From an uncultured Chloroflexia bacterium (lineage in GTDB: Bacteria > Chloroflexota > Limnocylindria > QHBO01), in the NCBI GenBank assembly GCA_963825525.1, contig CAWGTN010000002.1, forward strand, positions 1,312,001-1,376,000: a DNA stretch of 64,000 nucleotides. The letters are read 5' to 3'. The position numbers and the translations under genes are program-made. The notes below the pieces were generated by a model. That model was not told the origin of the DNA, made no database searches, and saw nothing but the letters and a program-made list of their open reading frames with translations. Shown here one piece after another: positions 23,969 to 33,129 of this stretch (positions within the stretch are counted from its first letter, which is position 1; each line of letters begins with the position of its first letter).

Positions 23969-23997
23969 GCTCGTTCGCCGGGGGATAATGCTGGCCC

Positions 23998-25222
23998 ATG
24001 TTCTACGTCCAGCGCGGAGAGATCCCGCACAAGCGTCATACCCAGTTCCGCAAGTCCGATGGCGGCCTCTACGCTGAGGAGCTGTTCGGCGTCGAGGGTT
24101 TCAGCGGGCGCGCCAGCCTCCTCTACCACCACACCCCGCCGACCCAGACGCACCAGATCGAGAAGGTGCGCGACGTGCGGATCGAGCAGAGCGAGGACGA
24201 GGCGTCAGGGCCGCATCGACATCGGCTGGTCAATACCAAGGACCTCCAGCCATCGGGTGACGGACTCACCGGTCGCGTCCCCCTCTTCTACAACGGCGAC
24301 GTCACGTTCGGCGTGGTGCTCCCGGCGGAGCCGATGGAGCGCTTCTACCGCAACGGCGAGGCGGACGAGATGTACTTCGTCCACACCGGCACCGGGACGC
24401 TCGAGACGAACTTCGGGCCGATCGAATACGGCCCGGGCGACTACCTCGTGATCCCCATCGGGACGACGTTCCGCCTGCGGCCCGGCGAGCGACGAGCAGC
24501 GCATGCTGTGGGTCGAGTCACCGTCGAGCATCGTCCCGCCCAAGCGCTATCGCAACGACTTCGGCCAGCTGCTCGAGCACTCCCCCTACTGCGAGCGCGA
24601 CATCCGACCGCCGGCGGAGATGGCGCCGCACCTGGAGTCGGGCGACTACGTCATCGAGGTCAAGACCCGCGGCCGGATCACGGCCTACCACTACAGGCAC
24701 CACCCGTTCGACCTGGTCGGCTGGGACGGGCACCTGTGGCCGTTCGCCTTCAACATCGGCGACTTCGAGCCGATCACCGGGCGCGTCCACCAGCCGCCGC
24801 CGGTGCACCTGACCTTCCAGCCGCGGAACTACGTGATCTGCTCGTTCGTGCCGCGCAAGTTCGACTATCACCCCCTCGCCATCCCGGCGCCGTACAACCA
24901 CTCGAACATCAACTCGGACGAGGTCATCTACTACGTCGCCGGCAACTTCATGAGCCGCCGCGGCGTGGACATCAGCTCCTTCACCATCCACCCGGCCGGC
25001 ATCCCGCACGGGCCGCATCCGGGGTCGGTGGAGGCGAGCATCGGCAAGGAGGCGACGGAGGAGCTGGCGGTGATGATCGACACGTTCCATCCGCTCCACC
25101 TCACCCGCCAGGCGTCGGAGCTCGAGGACGACCGCTACCCGTACTCATGGATGCCGCCGGAGGACGGCGCGGAGCACGCTCGGGAGCTGTCCGAGCGCGG
25201 CCCGGAGGCCTTCCCGGACTGA
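23998..25222 (+). CDS. hmgA: Homogentisate 1,2-dioxygenase; frameshift at ~24490
   Basis: GEIPHKRHTQF, EELFGVEGFSG, HPFDLVGWDG, GRVHQPPPVH, IPHGPHPG, ELAVMIDTF. Confidence 0.88.
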
Positions 25223-25253
25223 CGTGCGTTTGACCGGTGCCCGGACTTCCCTG

Positions 25254-25390
25254 TCGTCACCTGCGCGTCTTGGCGACGTTAGACGTGCCCGGGTCGGCAT
25301 CGGCGCTCCCGAATATGGGTGAATGTATGACCTGGGCTGGCAACCGACCGTCGGAGGTTGGCTAGCGTCGCCAGAACGGACATCTGACGA
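25254..25390 (+). ncRNA. Putative structured ncRNA (rod-like, possibly 6S-like)
   Basis: Nested helices 25254-59/25385-90, 25271-82/25362-73 and 25288-96/25328-36, with G-U wobbles on the + strand. Confidence 0.5.
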
Positions 25391-25460
25391 TTCACCCCGC
25401 CCTACCGCATGCAACCTGTGCAGCCGGGGTAGGATCGCCCTGACATGAGGAGCCCGCGAG

Positions 25461-25898
25461 ATGACTGAGCCGACCGCCGTCCCCGTGAACATGTTCGAGA
25501 ACGACCGCGAGCTGATGGTCGTGGCGCCGATGCCGGGTGTCTCTCCGGAGGACATCAGCGTCGACGTCACGGACGACGGCCACCTCACGCTCCGCTCCGC
25601 CCAGCACGGCGAGGGACAGGAGCGCATCGCGTACCTCCAGCGCGAGTGGTCGTACGGCCCGTACGAGCGAACGGTCGAGCTGCCATGCGCCGTCGACGCC
25701 ATGCGAGCCAACCTGACCTACGGCAACGGGGTGCTCTCGGTGACCTTTCCCAAGGCCGATGCCACCGCCCCCGGAAGGGTTCTCGTCCAGCGCACCGGCC
25801 ACGCGCGCGGGATCGCCGCCGGCCACAGCGGGACTCGCGGCGGAGCCGACGACGACCCCACACCGGACGACGGCAGCCGCGCCACCACGGTCGTATGA
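25461..25898 (+). CDS. Hsp20/alpha-crystallin family protein
   Basis: PVNMFE, MPGVSPEDI, REWSYGPYERTVELP, NGVLSVTFPK; RBS GAGGAG. Confidence 0.9.
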   Translation: MTEPTAVPVNMFENDRELMVVAPMPGVSPEDISVDVTDDGHLTLRSAQHGEGQERIAYLQREWSYGPYERTVELPCAVDAMRANLTYGNGVLSVTFPKADATAPGRVLVQRTGHARGIAAGHSGTRGGADDDPTPDDGSRATTVV

Positions 25899-26374
25899 CC
25901 CTCTACTTCCTGCGACACGGCGATGCGAACGCGGCCGTCGCCGGGGATGACGACGCACGTCAGCTTTCCGACGAGGGACGCGCGGCGTTGCGATCAGCCG
26001 GCCGGCTGTGGCGGCGTCTCAACCTGCGGCCCGATGTCGTGATCACCTCCCCGCTGCCTCGCGCACGCGAGACGGCCGAGCTGGCCCGTGACGCGATCGG
26101 CGGCAGCCTGGAGGTCGATGATCGGCTGCGGCCCGGCGCGTCCTGGGGCGATTTCGCCCGAGCCATGGCCGACCATCCGGACGCGCGTCGCGTGATGTTC
26201 GTCGGCCACGAGCCGGATCTCTCCGGCGCCATCGTGACGCTGAGCGGCGCCTCGTCGGTCAGGATGCGGAAGGGTGGACTTGCCTGTCTCGAGTTCTACG
26301 GAACGCCCGAGCCGGGCGGTGCCGAGATCGCCTGGCTCATCGACCCCGACCTGTACACCGAGGAAGCCATCTAG
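25895..26374 (+). CDS. sixA: Phosphohistidine phosphatase SixA
   Basis: LYFLRHGDA, TSPLPRARETA, VGHEPDL. Confidence 0.85.
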   Translation: MTLYFLRHGDANAAVAGDDDARQLSDEGRAALRSAGRLWRRLNLRPDVVITSPLPRARETAELARDAIGGSLEVDDRLRPGASWGDFARAMADHPDARRVMFVGHEPDLSGAIVTLSGASSVRMRKGGLACLEFYGTPEPGGAEIAWLIDPDLYTEEAI

Positions 26375-26376
26375 TC

Positions 26377-27768
26377 ATGTTTCTCCAGCAGTTCTTCGTC
26401 AAGGGGCTGGGCCACGCCAGCTATCTCCTCGGCGACCCCGACGCCGGCGTGGGCGTCGTGATCGACCCTCGTCGCGACATCGGGGACTACCTGGCTGCGG
26501 CCGAAGCGGAGGGGCTGACGATCAGCCATGTGCTCGAGACGCACGTCCATAACGACTACGTCTCCGGGGCCGAGGAGCTGCGGCTGCGCGCCGGCGCCAC
26601 GGTCCACGCTGCCGGGCTGGCGGATCTCACCCGGCCGCACGAGCCCCTGACCGACGGTGACGAGCTGCGAGCCGGATCCCTGCGGATCACCGTCTTGGCC
26701 ACGCCTGGCCACACGCCCGATCACGTCTCGTTCCTGGTCGCCGACCTGTCGCGGACGGACGAGGACTGGGTCCTCTTCTCCGGTGGGGCGCTACTGGTGG
26801 GCACGGCCGCCCGGCCCGATCTCCTCGGCGGTCCCGACGAGGCGCGCCGCTCCGCCGCCGTGCTGTTCGAGACGATCCGCGACCGGATCGCTCCCCTCCC
26901 CGACTGGATCGAGCTCTATCCGACGCATGGGGCGGGGTCCCTGTGCGGCTCCGGCATCGGCGGCAAGCGCTGGTCGACCGTCGGCTTCGAGCGACGCCAC
27001 AACCCCGCGCTCAACCAGCCGGATGCCGATGCGTTCACGCGCTTCATCCTGGAGGACCAGCCGACGGTCCCCGCCTACTGGCGCGAGATGCGGCCGATGA
27101 ACCAGCGCGGTGGCGCTCCCCTCGACGACCTCACCGATCCCCGGCCGATGAGCGGAGCGCAGGTGCAGCACGCCGTCGAGCACGGTGCGACGATCATCGA
27201 CGCGCGCGATTCCGCGGCCGCCGCCGCGGGATACATCCCCGGCTCGATCTCCATCGGCCTCTCGGACACCTTCGGGACCTGGGCCGGGTCGGTGGTTCCA
27301 ATCGATCACGAGGTGATCCTGCTGCTCGCCGACGCCGATGACCTTGGGCCCGCCGTGACCCAGCTCCGGCGAGCGGGCTTCGACCGCGTCATCGGCTACC
27401 TCGACGGTGGGATCGCGGCCTGGCCCGGAGAACTCGAGCACCTGGACCAGGTGTCGGTGGACGATCTTCCGACGGACGCGGGCGAAACCGTGCTCGACGT
27501 GCGCGAGCCATCCGAGTGGCGCGACGGTCACATCGACGGTGCGGTTCACATTCCGGCCGCGCAGCTGCTGCGACGCCTGGACGAGGTGCCGCCGGGGCGG
27601 GTGGTGGTCATGTGCGGGAGCGGCTATCGGTCCGCCATTGCGGCCAGCATCCTGCAACGGGACGGGCGTGACGAGGTCGCCCATCTCACCGGCGGGATGG
27701 GCGCCTACCGGGACGCGGGACTCCCGCTCACCGAGGAGAGACACGCCGACGCAACGGAGATGACATGA
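26377..27768 (+). CDS. MBL-fold metallo-hydrolase fused to two rhodanese domains (persulfide dioxygenase-like)
   Basis: ETHVHNDYVSG, TPGHTPDH, PTHGAGSLCG, VMCGSGYRS. Confidence 0.9.
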   Translation: MFLQQFFVKGLGHASYLLGDPDAGVGVVIDPRRDIGDYLAAAEAEGLTISHVLETHVHNDYVSGAEELRLRAGATVHAAGLADLTRPHEPLTDGDELRAGSLRITVLATPGHTPDHVSFLVADLSRTDEDWVLFSGGALLVGTAARPDLLGGPDEARRSAAVLFETIRDRIAPLPDWIELYPTHGAGSLCGSGIGGKRWSTVGFERRHNPALNQPDADAFTRFILEDQPTVPAYWREMRPMNQRGGAPLDDLTDPRPMSGAQVQHAVEHGATIIDARDSAAAAAGYIPGSISIGLSDTFGTWAGSVVPIDHEVILLLADADDLGPAVTQLRRAGFDRVIGYLDGGIAAWPGELEHLDQVSVDDLPTDAGETVLDVREPSEWRDGHIDGAVHIPAAQLLRRLDEVPPGRVVVMCGSGYRSAIAASILQRDGRDEVAHLTGGMGAYRDAGLPLTEERHADATEMT

Positions 27769-28097
27769 GCTTTCTCTTCGGCCCGAAGGTGGCCGAGGCC
27801 GAGCCCGCCGCCGCGGCGGCCGATCTGGCGGATGGCAACGGCGTCCTGGTCGACGTGCGCGAGGATCACGAGTGGCGTGCCGGGCGGGCCCAGGGTGCCA
27901 TCCACATCCCGCTGGCAGAGCTTCCTACCCGGATCGGCGAACTGCCACGCGATGCCCCGATCTACCTGATCTGCGCCAGCGGCAATCGCAGCGCGAAGGC
28001 GGCAGCCTTCCTCGGACGAGAGGGATTCCCGACCGCGATCAACGTGCGCGGCGGCACGACCGCCTGGTCGCGCGCGGGCCTGCCGGTCGACCGGTAG
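27765..28097 (+). CDS. Rhodanese-like protein
   Basis: VDVREDHEW, ICASGNRS, GGTTAW. Confidence 0.9.
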   Translation: MSFLFGPKVAEAEPAAAAADLADGNGVLVDVREDHEWRAGRAQGAIHIPLAELPTRIGELPRDAPIYLICASGNRSAKAAAFLGREGFPTAINVRGGTTAWSRAGLPVDR

Positions 28098-28126
28098 GCC
28101 GGCCTCGATCCGTGTAGGCTCCCCAC

Positions 28127-28534
28127 ATGGCCGATGTCGCGCTCCACACGCTCCTGCTGTGTGACTACGCGCTCACGGCGCAGGACGGGAAGATCAGCGC
28201 TGTCGGCGTCTTCAGCCAGATCAACGTCGCGAAGTTGCCGGCGACCCACGGCCGATGCTTCATCGTCGCGATCCTCGAAGCCACGCCCGGCCCACACGAG
28301 CTCACGTTCCAGGTCGTCTCCCCGACGGGCAAGGCGACGCTCCAGCAGGCACCGCGGCTCCGGATCGAGGTTCCCGCGGGCGCCACGTCGGCGAACATCG
28401 TGGCCGATCTCAAGGGGATGCGGCTCGAGGAGATCGGCCGCTACCGGATCGAGGTGCGTGCCGGTGACCAGATCCTTGGCAGCAGCCCCTTCCTGGTGAA
28501 CCTCGTCCTCCAGCAGACCGCCGGAAACGCCTGA
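28127..28534 (+). CDS. Conserved hypothetical protein (DUF6941-like)
   Basis: LLCDYA...DGKISAVGVFSQI...GRYRIEV pattern. Confidence 0.6.
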   Translation: MADVALHTLLLCDYALTAQDGKISAVGVFSQINVAKLPATHGRCFIVAILEATPGPHELTFQVVSPTGKATLQQAPRLRIEVPAGATSANIVADLKGMRLEEIGRYRIEVRAGDQILGSSPFLVNLVLQQTAGNA

Positions 28535-28577
28535 CGCGAAACCTCACGGCGGCGGGGCGGCGGACGTTTCTCCTGGC

Positions 28578-29343
28578 ATGAGCACCGAGATGGAACGAGC
28601 CTTCTACGCATCCGATCCCGCCTGGGATGGGCGGTTCGTGGTCGCGGTCCGGACCACCGGCATCTTCTGCCGACCGTCGTGCCGGGTACGCAAGCCGCTG
28701 CCGAAGAACATCGCCGTCATGGCCGATGCCGCCGAGGCACGGGCGGCGGGCTACCGCGCCTGCCTGCGCTGCCAGCCGGAGAATGCGACGCCGGTCGCAA
28801 TCCGCCACATCAGGACCCCGATCGGGCCGATGACCATCGGCGCGACGGAGCATGCCGCCGTCCTGGCCGACTTCAGCGAGCGGGCCATGATGCCGGCCCA
28901 GCTGGCGTCCGTCCGTCGCCGCATCGGCCCCACCTCTGAGGCATCCACGCCGATGCTCGATCGGCTCGAGGGCCAGCTGCACGAGTACCTCGCCGGCGCG
29001 CGCAGCCGCTTCAACCTGCCGATCGAGATGCCGGGCAGCGAGTTCCAGGAGCGTGTCTGGTCCGAGCTGCGAGCGGATCCCCTACGGTGAGACGATCTCG
29101 TACCGCGAGCTCGCCACGCGGGTGGGATCGCCGCAGGCGCCTCGCGCGGTCGGCCGCGCCAACGGGTCGAATCGGCTGGCACTGATCGTTCCGTGCCATC
29201 GCGTGATCGCGGCGGCCGGAGGTCTGGGTGGGTACGGCGGCGGCCTGCCCGCAAAGCGCTGGCTGCTCGACCTCGAGGCTCGCCACCAGGCTCGCGCTGG
29301 CGCGCCCGCGACATCCATGGGTGCCGTCAGCAGACCCGTGTGA
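28578..29343 (+). CDS. Ada-type Zn-binding domain fused to methylated-DNA-protein-cysteine methyltransferase; frameshift at ~29072
   Basis: TTGIFCRPSC..RACLRC; IPYGETISY; NRLALIVPCHRVI; GGYGGG. Confidence 0.87.
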
Positions 29344-29390
29344 CCGCGACATTTCGAAGGAATTGCACCCGAGGTCCGGTTTGCGAGCCG

Positions 29391-29521
29391 TTTCGCCGAT
29401 ATATCGACGGTGGCTGAGCGTGAGAGGCCCACAGCTGCGCCCTCAACGCTCCCGGGCCATCGATATATCGGCTGAATCGCGCCCAACCAAGAGCTGAGGC
29501 GCGAATTCGCCGACCTATCGA
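29391..29521. repeat. Alternating inverted repeats with a palindromic CGATATATCG core
   Basis: GCCGATATATCGA 29395-29407; TCGATATATCGGC 29460-29472; TTCGCCGACCTATCGA 29506-29521. Confidence 0.75.
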
Positions 29522-29557
29522 GCGTGCAGTCCGCGTCGGCCCCACGCCCAGCGCTGG

Positions 29558-30043
29558 TTACGCGCCGACCACCCCATACAGCTGGGCGTTCTCGAAGTAG
29601 AGAACACCGCCGGACTCCTTCAGGCCGGTGACATCGGCGTTTGCGATGTCCCAATCACCGGTCGCCTCCGGATAGTTGAGGACGCGGACGCTGGCTCCGG
29701 CGCATGCCGGCGCAGAGTCATCAGTGAGCGACTCGCACAGCCAGATGGTGCCGTCGAGATCCATCAGCAGGGCACCATTGACCAGCGTCGGATCGGTCGC
29801 GCCGGACGCAATCGCCTCGGCCAGGCTGATGCCCGGACCCCCGACGGCCACGCCGTCAACCATGGCGAACGTTCCGTCCGAACCAGGCCCCGGTGCCCCG
29901 GACGGTGAATGCGAGGGCGATGCGGTAGGTGAGGGCGAAACGGAATCGTCCGCCGGACTCGGAGTGGACCCGACCGTGCCACCGCACGCGGCAAGCGCGA
30001 TGGCGAGCGTCGCGATCAGGAAGATGGGACTTCGACGGTTCAT
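29558..30043 (-). CDS. Putative lipoprotein
   Basis: Lipobox LAAC after a hydrophobic signal; Ser/Pro-rich linker. Confidence 0.75.
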   Translation of the reverse strand: MNRRSPIFLIATLAIALAACGGTVGSTPSPADDSVSPSPTASPSHSPSGAPGPGSDGTFAMVDGVAVGGPGISLAEAIASGATDPTLVNGALLMDLDGTIWLCESLTDDSAPACAGASVRVLNYPEATGDWDIANADVTGLKESGGVLYFENAQLYGVVGA

Positions 30044-30215
30044 GGTTTGTCTTGACCTGTTTCGGGCGGCGCATCGTTGGCCGCGGTGCCCAGATCATCG
30101 GCGGTTCTTGCCCGCGGGTCGTCCGCCATCGGTATCAGATCCGCCTACGACAACCGGCCCAGCCTGCGTGGTCCCACCGCCCCGGGGCCAGATCCACCGG
30201 CCCATTGCTCCAGTG

Positions 30216-30360
30216 CTGGGACTTTCAGCCACGGATTGGCCGATCTGGTTCATTGCGGGGACTCACGGCGTTGCACCGCCGGGTTACCTTGGCCGTTGCT
30301 CCCACCCCGCGAGCAAATCGGCCAGTTCCTGGCTGGTAGTCCCAGGGGCGGTGCAACGCC
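30216..30360. repeat. Long imperfect inverted repeat plus an interleaved perfect 14-bp inverted repeat
   Basis: 30216-30260 complements 30305-30345; GGCGTTGCACCGCC 30267-80 complements 30347-60. Confidence 0.75.
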
Positions 30361-30379
30361 CGGACGCCCCCGCCCAGGC

Positions 30380-31189
30380 CTAACCCTCGATGCGCGACCC
30401 GCGGATGTCGGTTCCCATGGCGTGGTAGCCGCCGTCGACGTGGATCATCTCGCCCGAGGTCATGCGCGCCCAATCGCTCAACAGGAAGCAGACCATCTGC
30501 CCGACCGGCGTCGCGTCGGTCATCGACCATTCCAGCGGCGAGCGCTCGAGCCAATGCCCGGCGATCTGGTCGAAACCCGGGATGCTCTTGCCGGCCATCG
30601 TGCGGATCGGGCCGGCCGAGACGGTGTTGACGCGGATCCCGTCGGCACCGAGGTCGCGCGCAAGGTAGCGGGTGATCGCCTCCAGCCCGGCCTTGGCGAC
30701 GCCCATCCAGTCGTAGATCGGCCACGCGAAGCGACCGTCGAACGTCAGCGAGACCAGTGAACCTCCACCTCGCTCCTTTGCGGCCGCCATCGGCTCGCGC
30801 AGCCCCACGCCGAGCGCCTTGAGCGAGTAGGCGGAAGTCTGGAAGGCGGTCGCCACGCTCTCCCACGGTGTGTTGACGAAGTTGCCACCGAGCGCATCCG
30901 AAGGCGCGAAGCCGATGGCGTGCACCACCCCATCCACGTGCCCCCAGCGCTTCATGAGGTCGGCGGAGACCGCCTCGATGTGCGCCGGGTCGTTCACGTC
31001 GAGCTCCAGGATGTCCGGCGCTCCGCCCGGCAGCTTCCTCGCCACCTTCTCGGTCAGCCGCGCCGCCCGCCCGAACGACGTGAGGACGATCTCGGCTCCC
31101 GCCTCCTGCGCGACCTTGGCGATCGCGAACGCGATGCTGTCGTCGGTGAGCACGCCGGTCACGAGCAGCTTCTTGCCTTCGAGGAGCAT
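30380..31189 (-). CDS. fabI: Enoyl-ACP reductase FabI/InhA-like
   Basis: LVTGVLTDDSIAF, HAIGFAP, YDWMGVAKAGLE, AGPIRT, HVDGGYH. Confidence 0.92.
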   Translation of the reverse strand: MLLEGKKLLVTGVLTDDSIAFAIAKVAQEAGAEIVLTSFGRAARLTEKVARKLPGGAPDILELDVNDPAHIEAVSADLMKRWGHVDGVVHAIGFAPSDALGGNFVNTPWESVATAFQTSAYSLKALGVGLREPMAAAKERGGGSLVSLTFDGRFAWPIYDWMGVAKAGLEAITRYLARDLGADGIRVNTVSAGPIRTMAGKSIPGFDQIAGHWLERSPLEWSMTDATPVGQMVCFLLSDWARMTSGEMIHVDGGYHAMGTDIRGSRIEG

Positions 31190-31314
31190 GCGAACGGGAG
31201 CCTCCAGGTGCGTATGGGCCGATGCGCGCCACTGCGCGCGAGCGCCACGATTGTACCCGCGGCCATCCCCGGTTCCGGCATGCGATGGCGTATCGGGCTA
31301 GGATCAGGCCACCG

Positions 31315-31773
31315 ATGATGGTTCGCCTCTACGACTACGACGTGCCCGCCGCCGATGCCGCGGCCGATGTCCCGAGCCTGCGTCCCCTGCTCGAGGCTCT
31401 ACCGACCGACGAGCGCCGCGTGATCCTGACCGGGCTGTTCAAGCCGGAACGCATGCCGGGAACGATGGAGCGCCTCACCACCCTGGTCGAGGACGTGGAC
31501 ATCAGCTTCGCGAACGCCCTCATCACGCTCGACAACGAGAAGCGTTCGCGGCGGTTCGTGGCCATCGACGAGGCGAAGGCCATCCTGGACCGATGGCTGC
31601 CCGAATCCTCGGTGGCCGGCATCCGCGAATGGGACGTTGCCCGACTCCTCGAGCCGTACGGCGACGGCACGTATCACGGGAAGCTCCTCAAGCGAACGCG
31701 GAAGCAGCTGCGGTCGGTCTCCAATCGCCAGGCGCTGACCGTCCCATTCCTGTTCCGGCAGACCTGGGCATGA
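31315..31773 (+). CDS. Hypothetical protein
   Basis: Coding-like ORF preceded by a TAGGAT -10-like hexamer; no family recognised. Confidence 0.7.
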   Translation: MMVRLYDYDVPAADAAADVPSLRPLLEALPTDERRVILTGLFKPERMPGTMERLTTLVEDVDISFANALITLDNEKRSRRFVAIDEAKAILDRWLPESSVAGIREWDVARLLEPYGDGTYHGKLLKRTRKQLRSVSNRQALTVPFLFRQTWA

Positions 31774-31916
31774 GCCGATCCCCGCGTCGCCGCCGAGGCC
31801 GACCGTACCAGCCGCTTCCCGAGCGCCGCTCGAGCGCCTGGATCGCGCGGCTGCTCATCGTGGCCGTCGGGGTGATCCTCGTCGTGGGCTCGCTGGCCTT
31901 CATCGGCGGCCGCTAG
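31770..31916 (+). CDS. Small single-TM protein (48 aa)
   Basis: MSRSPRRRRGRPYQ...LLIVAVGVILVVGSLAFIGGR; ATGA overlap with the upstream stop. Confidence 0.6.
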   Translation: MSRSPRRRRGRPYQPLPERRSSAWIARLLIVAVGVILVVGSLAFIGGR

Positions 31917-31927
31917 CCGGGACCGCG

Positions 31928-33094
31928 CTACAGGCTCTCCTCCATCAGGCTGCGGACGTGCAGGAGCAGCTTCATGAGCTCGGGCGCGGCGGCGACAAGG
32001 TCAAGGTCGTCGGGCTGCACGTGGTCGAAGAGACGGAATTCGGTGTGCGCCTCGAGGCGCCCGTTCGCGTCGAGCGCAGCCGCCAGGGCACGTGACTCGA
32101 CGAACGGCACGTGGTGATCCTCGGTCTCGTGCATGAGGTGGACATCGGCACGAATCGGGGCAAGATGGCGCAGCGGCGAGATGGCATCGATGAACGACAG
32201 CGAGTCGGGCGGAAGCTGGCGGATCGATCGGTCGGCTCGGTCGAGCGATTCGGCGGTGAGAATGTCGTGAACGATCCGACCCGCGCGACTCGCCAGGTCC
32301 GACCGCAATGCCGGGTCCGCCGTCGGGCGATCGCCCGACAGCACCGCATCGCCGAACGCACGGTCGAGCTGCCGACGGTCGTCACGGTCGGAGACCTGGT
32401 CGAGCATGAACCGCAGGTAGACCTCACGCGCCAGCGGGGTGGGGGTCCACGGTATCGGCGTTCCGTCGGGGTTCCGGTAGGCATGAGCCGATACCGACGC
32501 GAGGTACGACGCCGCGTCGGCGAACGCCCCGAACGCGTTCACCCAGCCGACCTGCTCCGCAATCCTCGGATCACCGGCCGCCAGCAGGGCCAGCGACCCG
32601 CCGACGCTGAAGCCGACGATCCCGAGCCGCGATCGGTCGACCTCGGGTCGAGCGGCCAGGAGCTGAAAGGCACGGACCACGCCGTCGACCTCACCGACCT
32701 CGAGCCGTCCCTCGAGCAGCGTCTGCGAGTCCGGCACCAGGACGGCCACGCCGGTGCGGGCCAGGCCATCGGCCACTCGCTCGATCGCCGGATGGTTGCG
32801 ACCCAGGTTGTTGACCCCGAATACGAGCAACATGGCACCGGCCGGTCGCTCCGCGGACGCCCAGGCGGGGAGCCACAGCTCCGCCAGGTCCGGCTCGCCG
32901 CCTGGCTCGGTGGCGCGGTACGGCACGCTGGACCGGACGGGTGTCTCACTGAACAGGTTGAGCGGCTTTGGGCCGGCGTCGAGCAGGTTCGGCAGCAGGA
33001 CGGCGGTCTGGATCCCGACCCGCGTCGGCTCCCATGCCACCGCCAGCAGGGCGACGACCAGTACCCCGATCCCGATCCGCCGCGCGCGTCGCAT
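31928..33094 (-). CDS. Membrane-anchored alpha/beta hydrolase
   Basis: GIVGFSVGG nucleophile elbow; D (EDHHVP) and H (FDHV); N-terminal TM. Confidence 0.8.
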   Translation of the reverse strand: MRRARRIGIGVLVVALLAVAWEPTRVGIQTAVLLPNLLDAGPKPLNLFSETPVRSSVPYRATEPGGEPDLAELWLPAWASAERPAGAMLLVFGVNNLGRNHPAIERVADGLARTGVAVLVPDSQTLLEGRLEVGEVDGVVRAFQLLAARPEVDRSRLGIVGFSVGGSLALLAAGDPRIAEQVGWVNAFGAFADAASYLASVSAHAYRNPDGTPIPWTPTPLAREVYLRFMLDQVSDRDDRRQLDRAFGDAVLSGDRPTADPALRSDLASRAGRIVHDILTAESLDRADRSIRQLPPDSLSFIDAISPLRHLAPIRADVHLMHETEDHHVPFVESRALAAALDANGRLEAHTEFRLFDHVQPDDLDLVAAAPELMKLLLHVRSLMEESL

Positions 33095-33129
33095 CCGCCC
33101 ATCCTACGCAGCGGCCGCGATTGGACCGC

